A stretch of DNA of 64,000 nt from Candidatus Omnitrophota bacterium. Its GTDB lineage: Bacteria; Omnitrophota; Gorgyraeia; Zapsychrales; JANLHA01. Of this stretch, positions 39,849-48,161 are shown in pieces. Within the stretch, counting starts at the first letter, position 1. Each line of letters opens with the position of its first letter. Under the pieces are notes generated by a model. That model searched no databases. It saw only the letters and a list, made by a program, of their open reading frames with translations, and was not told the origin of the DNA. Made by a program: the position numbers and the translations under genes. The stretch spans positions 3,277 through 67,276 of the forward strand of contig JAKLFA010000001.1 of the NCBI GenBank assembly GCA_022711395.1. The letters are read 5' to 3'.

Positions 39849-42101
39849 ATGAAAAAACTCACATCATTATTAATAATTTTTTTGATCCTGTCATTCGTGG
39901 CATACCCGATCCCCTCATTTGCTGAGGGAGTTGCTTTATCAGATGAGGAGATGGACCAGATCGCCGCCGGCGAATGGGTCTTTGCCAAGAATAACGGGCC
40001 GGTGAAAAAGAATTCACTGGAAGTCAACAGCGAGGCTCAGAGTGAACTTAAAGGGGTAAGCAACGCCAACACGGTCGATTCCGCTGTTGCCGGACAATAC
40101 AACGTTTCCAATGCGACGGAAGGCGTTGTGGATGTCAGCCAGGGCAACACGGCGAACGTGACGAACTCGGCGGTCACTCCTGACACCAGTTCATTCAAAG
40201 CTGTTGTCAATGAAACAACAGCGGTCGAGGAAACAACCAGCAATCAGCGCAATGACGTCGTGTCTTTCGGTGAGACCAAGACTAACGATAAGAGCGTGAC
40301 GTATAGTGACGTTGAGACCCTTGATGCCAGCTATTCCAAGACGGACACATTCCATTTGGAAGAGAGCGACAGCAAGACAAAAACATACGACATGGACCAG
40401 AAAGACACGTATTCATCGACAAAGGACAAATCTTCTTCTGAGGACAGTTCTCTGTCCGCTTCCTTTAGCGATGATAAGGCGTTTTCTGCCAGCTCCAGCA
40501 AGAATGTCGCCGCTGAGCACGCGGAAAGCGATACGTTCGATCTGAACAAATCCGATCAAGAAGCGTCAGAAAAGCACGCGACGGACAGCTCTTCATTCAG
40601 CGCGAACTTGGACGCAAGTGAAACAAAGTCCAAGAGCGATGATGAAAGCTTCTCCGCGGAGCACGCCTCAAGTGATACGTTCGATCTGAACAAGTCCGAT
40701 CAAGAGGCCTCCAGCAAGAGCGCGACACAGAATGAATCGTTCAGCGCCAGTTTGGATGCCAGCGAAACAAAGGCGAAGAGCGAAGATGAAAGTTTCGCTG
40801 CTGAGCATGCTTCAAGTGACACGTTCGATCTGAACAAATCTGATGAAGAGGCTTCATCATATTCAAGTTCGGATAATGAGCAGTCAGCCCTGTCTGTGAG
40901 CGCCAATGCCAGCAAGACAGAAGATGAAGCGATCAGCAAAGAAGCTTCTTTTACGGATAATTCCACGCAGGAGAACTCATCGACATCAACAGCATCTTCT
41001 GTTGTGGTTTCGGGTCCTGCTGAAGGCGAAACAGAGGTTTCTGGAGTGGCCGAAACCACTTTGGAGGCTTCAGCTGAAGACTCTGGAAGCGCTTCAGCGG
41101 CTACTTCTACAAACGAGTCAGCCAGCGCCGAGAGCCATGAGGGCTTGAGTGCGGCCGGCAGCTTCTCCAAGACCGAGAGCGAAACAAAGGACGCGTCCTT
41201 CGCGCTTGAAGGAAGCTCTTCGGATGTTGAATCCAAGGACAAGACATCAAGCGATAACGAATCGCTGGTGATCTCCTCCAATGAGCAGGCTTCGGGATCG
41301 GTCAGCAAGACAGATTCAGAGAGCTATGACAGCTCGAAGGCTCTGTCAGCCGGTGTTGATGCCTCTGCGTCAAAGACCTACGATTCTGAGAAGAGCGACA
41401 ACGAATCATTGGTGATCTCCTCCAATGAGCAGGCTTCGGGATCGGTCAGCAAGACAGATTCAGAGAGCTATGACAGCTCGAAGGCTCTGTCAGCCGGTGT
41501 TGATGCCTCTGCGTCAAAGACCTACGATTCCGCCAAGAGCGATAATGAATCATTGGTGATCTCTTCCGATGAACAGTCTTCGGGCTCGTTCAGCAAGGAT
41601 GAGGCGTCCAATGTTGATGCAACTTCGAATGTCGCGGCCAACTTGGATGCTTCGCATTCGGAGGCGGACAGCTACAGCTCAACCAAGAACAGCGATGAGA
41701 GCTACGTCGAAGCCAAGAGCTACGATGCGGCCAGCTCAAAGCTGATCGATAAAGATGAGAGCTCAGAAGGCTCGATCTCAGCAAGTAAGGATAAATCCGT
41801 TACTTACGATGATGTGAAGACCAAAGAGAAGACGGCGAGCGTGGATCATTCAGAAACTGACACGCACACGCTGGTCGACAACTCGACCTTTGCGTCAGAG
41901 ATCGAGAAGGATGAGACGAAGCAGGGGATCGTGAAGAATAAACTTCTGATCACCAATACATCGCAGAAGAATCTGACCGTCGTCAGCAACCTGAACGCCG
42001 TTGCATCCGCGACAGCGATCCAGGCCAACGTTGCCAATGCCAATACCGTGTCCGGGAACCTGACACAGGCCAACGTCGCGACGATCGTGAACGGGTTCTA
42101 A
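39849..42101 (+). CDS. secreted, extremely acidic Ser/Asp/Glu-rich repeat protein (candidate exported substrate A of the C39/outer-membrane-barrel cluster)
   Basis: Sec signal peptide MKKLTSLLIIFLILSFVAYPIPSFA. Then LSDEEMDQIAAG, a double-glycine-leader-like motif. About 650 aa of low-complexity S/D/E/T/K sequence with 47-48-aa tandem repeats. N/Q-rich C-terminal module ...TSQKNLTVVSNLNAVASATAIQANVANANTVSGNLTQANVATIVNGF. Confidence 0.7.
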   Translation: MKKLTSLLIIFLILSFVAYPIPSFAEGVALSDEEMDQIAAGEWVFAKNNGPVKKNSLEVNSEAQSELKGVSNANTVDSAVAGQYNVSNATEGVVDVSQGNTANVTNSAVTPDTSSFKAVVNETTAVEETTSNQRNDVVSFGETKTNDKSVTYSDVETLDASYSKTDTFHLEESDSKTKTYDMDQKDTYSSTKDKSSSEDSSLSASFSDDKAFSASSSKNVAAEHAESDTFDLNKSDQEASEKHATDSSSFSANLDASETKSKSDDESFSAEHASSDTFDLNKSDQEASSKSATQNESFSASLDASETKAKSEDESFAAEHASSDTFDLNKSDEEASSYSSSDNEQSALSVSANASKTEDEAISKEASFTDNSTQENSSTSTASSVVVSGPAEGETEVSGVAETTLEASAEDSGSASAATSTNESASAESHEGLSAAGSFSKTESETKDASFALEGSSSDVESKDKTSSDNESLVISSNEQASGSVSKTDSESYDSSKALSAGVDASASKTYDSEKSDNESLVISSNEQASGSVSKTDSESYDSSKALSAGVDASASKTYDSAKSDNESLVISSDEQSSGSFSKDEASNVDATSNVAANLDASHSEADSYSSTKNSDESYVEAKSYDAASSKLIDKDESSEGSISASKDKSVTYDDVKTKEKTASVDHSETDTHTLVDNSTFASEIEKDETKQGIVKNKLLITNTSQKNLTVVSNLNAVASATAIQANVANANTVSGNLTQANVATIVNGF
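40513..40860 (+). repeat. about 2.5 diverged tandem copies of a ~141-bp (47-aa) intragenic repeat
   Basis: AEHA(E/S)SDTFDLNKSD(Q/E)EAS...SFSA(N/S)LDASETK(S/A)KS(D/E)DESF(S/A) is repeated. Confidence 0.8.
41254..41600 (+). repeat. near-perfect 144-bp (48-aa) tandem repeats, 2 full copies plus a partial third
   Basis: Copies 41254-41397 and 41398-41541 differ at about 6 nt and share a perfectly identical core longer than 110 bp (SDNESLVISSNEQASGSVSKTDSESYDSSKALSAGVDASASKTYDS). Confidence 0.9.
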
Positions 42102-42130
42102 TAACGTTGTATTTGTATTCGTATAAGGCG

Positions 42131-42157
42131 CAAGAGGGGAGGGACCCCCTCCCCTCT
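42131..42157 (+). promoter_or_regulatory. GC-rich hairpin between substrate genes A and B (possible attenuator or processing site)
   Basis: agaggggaggg-acc-ccctcccctct, a perfect 11-bp stem with no T-run after it. Confidence 0.4.
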
Positions 42158-42189
42158 GCACCTCTAAAATTATAAGGAGCACGGAGGTT

Positions 42190-43179
42190 TTGCTGGCCGT
42201 GAAGAAGACCATGAACACATCTGTCAAGATCATAGCCTTTTCCATCCTTCTGCCATTTTCATGTTCAACGCTTTCGTACGCCGGAATGGCCAGGGTCATG
42301 AGCGATTATGAGCTTGACCAAGTGCACGCCGGCGGGTTGAACCTTGATTTTGACAAATTTCTTGGGTCCTTTTCGAGTGCCTCGGACACCGTTTCCAAAG
42401 GAGGGGTTACGGATACGGCGGCGGTCTTAAGCAGCCCGATCGTGATCGATAATAACGGAAAGAAAGTCCAGATCGTTGAGATCAAGGCGCCGAACACTCC
42501 GAAATTACCGAATATGCCTGTTGCGCCGACGGCCCCGACTACGGCCGGCAGCCTGCAGCAGGATCTTCCGGATGTGCCGGATGTGCCAGACGTGCCTGTC
42601 CCGGAAGTGAATGTGGCGTTAGCCACGGTTCCGGAGGCAACACGGTCCGCTTCACCGGATATTACGGTTGTGGATACCGCCTCGTCCGCGGTATTGGGCG
42701 CGACGTCAGATCTGGCGAATATCGTGCCGACGGTCCCGGTGACCGCGGCAAATGTTCCGGATGGGAGCGCCGCGGCAAATTCTGCGCCGTTGACCAACAG
42801 TGCGGCATCGGCGGTATCTTCTCCGACGGTCCCGACATCTCCGGTGGCTCCGACCGCACCGCAGGCTCCGGCGTCTCCGGTCATGCGGTTTGATGTGGTC
42901 GCAGGCCAGCAGAACGGAAAATTCGCGGTTGCGGTGAGCGATCAATCGGTTGGCGCAGCCGGAGCTCCGCTGTTTACGGCATCAAGCCCGGGATCCCAGA
43001 ACTTTTTGAATGTGACGGATACGGCTCAGCAGAATCTTGAGGCCCTGGTCAATGTGAACGCCGCCGGGAGCGTCGTGCCGGTCCAATTGAATTTGACGGT
43101 TTTGGTCAACTCAAACATTGAAAATTTGAATCTTTCGAATCAGTTGGATCTGAACAGTTTTTCAACATATCAATTTTGA
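42190..43179 (+). CDS. secreted Pro/Thr/Ala/Val-rich protein sharing N- and C-terminal motifs with substrate A (candidate substrate B)
   Basis: Signal peptide (KIIAFSILLPFSCSTLSYA), then MSDYELDQVHAGG, which matches the LSxxELxxIxGG double-glycine leader consensus. DVPDVPDVPV and a PT-rich linker. C-terminus TAQQNLEALVNVNAAGS...NLTVLVNSNIENLNLSNQLDLNSFSTYQF. The start is ambiguous (TTG 42190, GTG 42199 or ATG 42211). Confidence 0.6.
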   Translation: MLAVKKTMNTSVKIIAFSILLPFSCSTLSYAGMARVMSDYELDQVHAGGLNLDFDKFLGSFSSASDTVSKGGVTDTAAVLSSPIVIDNNGKKVQIVEIKAPNTPKLPNMPVAPTAPTTAGSLQQDLPDVPDVPDVPVPEVNVALATVPEATRSASPDITVVDTASSAVLGATSDLANIVPTVPVTAANVPDGSAAANSAPLTNSAASAVSSPTVPTSPVAPTAPQAPASPVMRFDVVAGQQNGKFAVAVSDQSVGAAGAPLFTASSPGSQNFLNVTDTAQQNLEALVNVNAAGSVVPVQLNLTVLVNSNIENLNLSNQLDLNSFSTYQF

Positions 43180-43229
43180 TGGCCGGTTGACGCAGTGTAG
43201 AGAGTTTCCGATCATCTAGAAAATGAGCA

Positions 43230-43925
43230 ATGAATATCCGCGCACTCTATACGTCTATTCTAACCGTTGCCTTTTTGATGTGCCACATTCCTATTGCTTC
43301 TGCCGCGACATTTAACGTCGCGGGGGTCCGGTTAACAAAAGACGTGAAACCGCTCCGGGAGATCAAACGAAGCAACGTTATTTCGCAGAGCCTGGATTTC
43401 AGCTGTGGGGCCGCAGGCCTTTCGACCCTCCTGAATTTTTATTTAAATGACGAAGTCAGCGAGCAGGAAATTATTGAAACGCTGTTAACGGTGGTCCCTA
43501 TCGAGAAAGTCCGCCAGCGCAAAGGGTTTTCATTGTTCGACCTAAAGACATTCGCTGAAAATCGCGGGTATAAGGTCACCGGTTATCAAATGGATTTTGA
43601 ATTTTTAAAGAACCTGGATGCGCCGGTCCTTGTTCCGATTCATTTCAGGAACTACAGCCATTTTGTCGTTGTGAGGGGGGTCGTAGGGGACAGGGTCTTC
43701 ATCGCGGATCCGGCGGCGGGCAATATGTCGATGAAGATCGATCAGTTCGAACGGGTCTGGGCCGGCGGGATCGGGCTGGTTGTTGAGCATCAATCTCCGG
43801 ACAGGGACCAGCGTTACGCCCTGCAGATCGAAGAGGACGACCTTCTTGTCGCGGACTATAAACATTTAAATAAGATCATGAACCAAATGATGGTGAGGAC
43901 AGCTGTATTTCCCTCAGAATATTAA
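43230..43925 (+). CDS. standalone secreted peptidase C39-family (bacteriocin-processing-type) cysteine peptidase
   Basis: Signal peptide MNIRALYTSILTVAFLMCHIPIASA. Catalytic-motif contexts are Q/Cys in ISQSLDFSCGAAGLSTLLNFY, His in NYSHFVVVRGV, and Asp in FIADPAAG. No ABC transporter domain is attached. Confidence 0.75.
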   Translation: MNIRALYTSILTVAFLMCHIPIASAATFNVAGVRLTKDVKPLREIKRSNVISQSLDFSCGAAGLSTLLNFYLNDEVSEQEIIETLLTVVPIEKVRQRKGFSLFDLKTFAENRGYKVTGYQMDFEFLKNLDAPVLVPIHFRNYSHFVVVRGVVGDRVFIADPAAGNMSMKIDQFERVWAGGIGLVVEHQSPDRDQRYALQIEEDDLLVADYKHLNKIMNQMMVRTAVFPSEY

Positions 43926-43958
43926 CAACAACGCCTGGTCGAAAGAGGGGGGAACACA

Positions 43959-45350
43959 ATGCCAAAGAGCAGAACTTCAATAAGCCGGACAGCCTTTCTC
44001 ATTGTGGCGGTCATTGCCGGACTGGTCATCTTGAATCATCGGAACCAGCAGAAAATCATCCGGGACATGCGCGCTCAGATCAAAAAGGAATTGAAGATTG
44101 AACAGGCCCCGATCATTGAGCAGATGGTCAAAGACGAGGTCCGCAGGGTCTATGATGAAGAATTGGCGAAACACGCCACATCCGGGCTGCTGCTTTCAAA
44201 GGCCGGTCAGCCCGCTGACGAGGGTGAGACTTTAGACGAGGCGATCCATCGCATTGTATGGGAGGTTTACGCCGCAGAAGTTGAGGCCCGCAAGGCTTCC
44301 GGTGAAGTGGGCATCGCTTCCGACAGTGTTCTGGATGCGCATGTCGCCGGGGCGGGGATCGATCCGGACACGGCCATTCAAGGGGGATTCATCAAAAAGC
44401 CGGCGCTGGAGCCGGCATACCGTTTAGCCAAGGCTGCCGGAGACGCAGCGCCGGAATCATCGGATGAGATGGCCGTTGATGCAGGAGAAGGAGTGGAGCG
44501 GCCTGAATCGATCGAGCGGACCATGCAACAGAAGGGCAGCGTGCTGCTTCCCAAGGGCAAGCGCATTTTTGAGCCGAGTTTTACTTACGCTCATTTTTCC
44601 ACTAACCGTATCAATATTCAGGGCGTGACGATCCTGGATGTGTTTACCATCGGGCCTGTTTCCACGCAAAAGATACAGCGCGACATGTTCATTCAGACCT
44701 TCGGGTTCAAATATGGGCTGGCGGATAATTTGCAGGGAGACTTGCGTATTCCGTTCAGATATGAATTTGACCGGATCAGTAACAGTGATCAGACGGCTGA
44801 AGAGACCCGCAGCAAGGGCGGTTTGGGCGATATTGACGTGAGCGTTTCCCGGCAGATCGGATGGGAAGAGGGGTGGAAGCCGGATCTGATCGCGTCTTTG
44901 GGCGTGAAGTCAAATACCGGTAAACCGATCTATAACAACAGCATTGGTCTGGGGACAGGGCATTGGGCTGTGCGTGGGTCTCTGGTCGCGGCCAAATCCA
45001 GCGATCCGGCGGTCGTCTTCGGGAGTTTAAATTATATCCATAGTTTTAAACGCAGTTTCTCGAACTATGGGGAGATCGATCCCGGTGATACGATCGGTTA
45101 TAGTTTGGGCATGGCTCTTGCGTTAAGCTATCAGACGGCGATCAATTTTTCATTTGATCAGAGCTTCACACAAAAGCTCAAACGCGGCGGTGAAGCGGTG
45201 GTGGGTTCTTTTGTCAATTCCGCCAATTTTAAGACAGGCTTAAACTGGGCGTTGAGCGAGCGGGCTTCCGTGGATGTCAGCGCATCGGTCGGTTTGACGG
45301 AAGATTCCCCGGACTTTGCGGTTGAAGTCCGCGTTCCGGTGTATTTTTAA
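43959..45350 (+). CDS. outer-membrane beta-barrel protein with N-terminal coiled-coil and disordered linker (FapF-like architecture)
   Basis: N-terminal anchor/signal, a helical heptad region (IRDMRAQIKKELKIEQAPIIEQMVKDEVRRVYDEELAKH), an Ala/Pro/Glu-rich linker, then about 270 aa with alternating amphipathic beta-strand pattern ending in the OMP C-terminal signature ...VEVRVPVYF. Confidence 0.65.
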   Translation: MPKSRTSISRTAFLIVAVIAGLVILNHRNQQKIIRDMRAQIKKELKIEQAPIIEQMVKDEVRRVYDEELAKHATSGLLLSKAGQPADEGETLDEAIHRIVWEVYAAEVEARKASGEVGIASDSVLDAHVAGAGIDPDTAIQGGFIKKPALEPAYRLAKAAGDAAPESSDEMAVDAGEGVERPESIERTMQQKGSVLLPKGKRIFEPSFTYAHFSTNRINIQGVTILDVFTIGPVSTQKIQRDMFIQTFGFKYGLADNLQGDLRIPFRYEFDRISNSDQTAEETRSKGGLGDIDVSVSRQIGWEEGWKPDLIASLGVKSNTGKPIYNNSIGLGTGHWAVRGSLVAAKSSDPAVVFGSLNYIHSFKRSFSNYGEIDPGDTIGYSLGMALALSYQTAINFSFDQSFTQKLKRGGEAVVGSFVNSANFKTGLNWALSERASVDVSASVGLTEDSPDFAVEVRVPVYF

Positions 45351-45513
45351 GTTAAAAATATTATGATAAGCAGATATTTCCCGGCTCCTCTTCTTTGGGG
45401 GGCCGGGTTTTCTTTTAAGGATATTTTTTTGTGATTGCTTAAATATTAGTGATAAACTAAACAGCATAAAAGAAGGCCGGTTTTCAGGTCCGTGATCTTG
45501 CCTGGAGGATGCG

Positions 45514-45789
45514 ATGATTGCATTGATCAAAGGTGCGGCGATCGGGTTTTTGATGACATTTTCGTTTGTTTTTCTGCTTTTGCTGGCGGAGACGAAATTT
45601 TTATGGCGCTACATGGATCTTTCGGAGGGTCTGCGTGTTTGTTTCGGGTCCGTTCCAGCCGTTTTTTTAGGGGCGTTTCAATTCAGAGAAAAACGATTAT
45701 TTGGTATGGGGTTGCTTTGCGGGGTTGTGCTCGCGGGCGTGGCATGGTTTGGTTTTATCATGAGCATTTTAATATCGTTTGGGGAGTGA
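45514..45789 (+). CDS. small membrane protein (91 aa)
   Basis: Three hydrophobic segments. Preferred over the overlapping 45492 frame on composition. Confidence 0.35.
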   Translation: MIALIKGAAIGFLMTFSFVFLLLLAETKFLWRYMDLSEGLRVCFGSVPAVFLGAFQFREKRLFGMGLLCGVVLAGVAWFGFIMSILISFGE

Positions 45790-45811
45790 GGGGCCTTATA
45801 CGGGCTTGCTT

Positions 45812-48142
45812 ATGAGAAATACTGTCAGAAATTTTTTTGCGAGAATAAAAAACCGGATGATGTTCATTGCTTCGGCTTTTTTGATCGCTGCGTTTACTCT
45901 TGCCGCTGTTCATATCAAGGTCCTCTATTTCTTGCTATACAGGCCATATTCGGCTTATTTGTATCTTTCGAGTTTTTTTTATAAACAGGCGTTTTTAAAA
46001 ACGGGGCAGTTTCCGCTGTGGGACCCACTCATGATGTGCGGGATCAGTGACACATCGAACATGCCCTTTCCGCTTTCGCTTTTCAGGATCTTCACGCTTT
46101 CAGGGTTTTCGGCGATCTATTCGGTGTTCTTGACCGAACTTTTTTTCACGGTCATGGGAGCCGTGTTTTTTTATCTTTTGATGCGGGTTTATCGATGTTC
46201 CAGGCCGGTGGCCCTTTTGGGAACATTCCTCTATATATTTTGGCTTTATAAATGGAATGTGTCTGAAGGTTATCCTATGGCTTTGGCACCGGCGGTCTTT
46301 TATGCCGTCCAGAAATATGAATTGACCTTAAAATACAAATATATTTTTTTAGGGGCGGTGGCCGTCGGCGTGACCTGTCTCACGGGGATCATTCACGCTG
46401 TTGCCGTGATTTTTTTGTTCCATATGGTGGTGATCGCGTGCTTTTTGAAACAAAGGGTTTTTTGGAAATACTGTCTGGCCGGGTTTTTGTCTTGGGGCCT
46501 GGGATTTATACTGGCGTTGCCGTCCCTTGTTCCGCAGGTCAAGGATCTGCCGGAAAGTCAGCGGATCTTTTACGCCAAAGGCATGTTTGATTTCGCGAAT
46601 TTAGACTGGTCGAAATTCTGGCTAAGGTTCAATGAGGTCCTTCAGTTGTTCCCGTTCTCACCCGTATTCATGTTCTGTTTTGTTCTGGCCTTCCTTTCGA
46701 TCTTTTTCCTGAAAGACCAAAAGTTGAGGACGGTTTTTTATGTGTCCGTGGGTTTTTTTGTTTTTCATATTGTTTTGAGCTTCACGCAGACCGCATGGAA
46801 GGCGCTGCCTTTGATCGGAAAGTTCATTAACGCCGTTGACCTTTATCGCTCCGCGGCTTTGACCGGTTTTATTGTCCTTTTTTTCAGCACGTATCTGATC
46901 CACGTTCTCACGGAGGCCCCGTTCGTGGCGCGCCTTAGAAGAAAAATGCTCATTTTTCTGAGCGCGATCTTTTTAACGGTTTTTTTCGCCTTCCTTTATA
47001 TGGTCGCTCTCTCGGACGCGGAATTGATCATTGCCGCTGGTTCGGGGGTGATGGCCTTTGTGTTGGTGCATGTCTTTTTTCGTCATGCGTTCTTGAGGAG
47101 AGGCTTGAGCGTTCTTTTAGTAGGGATGGTTTTTTATTACAGCGCGGTGACTGACGGGATCTTCTTCTACCGGTATTGTTATAAGATGAATATTCAAAAG
47201 AAGGGGTTTCCGTTCTTTCAGGGGGTCATGGATGATTTTTATCCCAGGACCTATTTGGGGCTTTTTGCGGATGAGCCTTCGATGTCCAGGGGCCTGGCCT
47301 GGAAGATCATGGAGGAAAATGTTGCCAGGGAACATCTTCGCGGCGCGGACATCGGTGTTTATAATTTTTACGGGAAAGTGCGTTTTTACGCTGATGGATT
47401 GAACAGCATCTACGGGGTCGCCAATATCTATCCTGCGAGGTATTACGAATTTTTTTCCTGGATGGCCAACACTTCAGCAGTTGAGGCGCCGGACGCGGCT
47501 TATGCATTTGGTATCGATTCCGAGCTTGATCCCACGCTGATGAGCCTTGCCGGGGTTGGGTGGTTGGTGACGCCTAAAGATTTTGTCAGTGATGAGCTGC
47601 GGCTTGTTTGGAAAGGGGAAAAGTACGCGCTTTACAGGAATGACAGGGTTTTTCCTCGGGCGTTCACGGTCTTTCAGTTGAACGCGTTTGATGATAAAGC
47701 GGGGCTTGAAAATTATTTGAAAGAGGCCCCGGATGGGAGCTTAAGGGCCGCGGCAGCTGTTTTGAAAGAAGAGGTGAAAGGGTTGCCCGCTGAAGCCGTA
47801 AGCGGTTCCGGCAACGGCACGGCCGCGATCACAATATACGAACCAAACCAGGTCGTAGTCGAAGCGGATTTAAATGCCGACGGTCTGCTGGTCTTAACGG
47901 ACATGTTCCATCCGAACTGGCGCGCCACTGTTGATGGAGATCCGGTTGAGATCTATCCCGCGTATCATGTGTTCCGGATGGTCGCGTTGTCTAAGGGAAA
48001 ACATACGGTCCGGTTTTTTATCAAGGATGATGCCTTCACCCTGGCGCTCTGGGCTTCTTCCGGCGCGCTGATAGGAATGGTCTTGTTCTTTTTTTGGAGA
48101 AAGAGGAAAAGCGTCTCAGAGGCAGATCAAAAAGGGAAATGA
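45812..48142 (+). CDS. large polytopic membrane protein (YfhO-like; possible glycosyl/arabinosyl-transferase-type)
   Basis: About 15 TM helices over the first ~480 aa, then a soluble C-terminal domain and a final TM (WASSGALIGMVLFFFW). The start could be 45779 or 45812. Confidence 0.5.
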   Translation: MRNTVRNFFARIKNRMMFIASAFLIAAFTLAAVHIKVLYFLLYRPYSAYLYLSSFFYKQAFLKTGQFPLWDPLMMCGISDTSNMPFPLSLFRIFTLSGFSAIYSVFLTELFFTVMGAVFFYLLMRVYRCSRPVALLGTFLYIFWLYKWNVSEGYPMALAPAVFYAVQKYELTLKYKYIFLGAVAVGVTCLTGIIHAVAVIFLFHMVVIACFLKQRVFWKYCLAGFLSWGLGFILALPSLVPQVKDLPESQRIFYAKGMFDFANLDWSKFWLRFNEVLQLFPFSPVFMFCFVLAFLSIFFLKDQKLRTVFYVSVGFFVFHIVLSFTQTAWKALPLIGKFINAVDLYRSAALTGFIVLFFSTYLIHVLTEAPFVARLRRKMLIFLSAIFLTVFFAFLYMVALSDAELIIAAGSGVMAFVLVHVFFRHAFLRRGLSVLLVGMVFYYSAVTDGIFFYRYCYKMNIQKKGFPFFQGVMDDFYPRTYLGLFADEPSMSRGLAWKIMEENVAREHLRGADIGVYNFYGKVRFYADGLNSIYGVANIYPARYYEFFSWMANTSAVEAPDAAYAFGIDSELDPTLMSLAGVGWLVTPKDFVSDELRLVWKGEKYALYRNDRVFPRAFTVFQLNAFDDKAGLENYLKEAPDGSLRAAAAVLKEEVKGLPAEAVSGSGNGTAAITIYEPNQVVVEADLNADGLLVLTDMFHPNWRATVDGDPVEIYPAYHVFRMVALSKGKHTVRFFIKDDAFTLALWASSGALIGMVLFFFWRKRKSVSEADQKGK

Positions 48143-48161
48143 GCGTCAATTTTTAGGAGAA

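Noticed and set aside
40700-41308. 202-aa minus-strand ORF inside the acidic repeat protein gene
   Set aside because: It is the reverse complement of Ser/Asp/Glu codons, giving Ser/Leu/Ala-rich pseudo-protein with no start context.
42306-42945. Minus-strand ORFs inside substrate B gene
   Set aside because: Shadow ORFs in a GC-rich P/T/A-coding region.
45492-45815. 107-aa ORF overlapping the 45514 membrane-protein frame
   Set aside because: Cys/Gly/Arg-rich low-plausibility product. The alternative frame encodes a coherent hydrophobic small protein.
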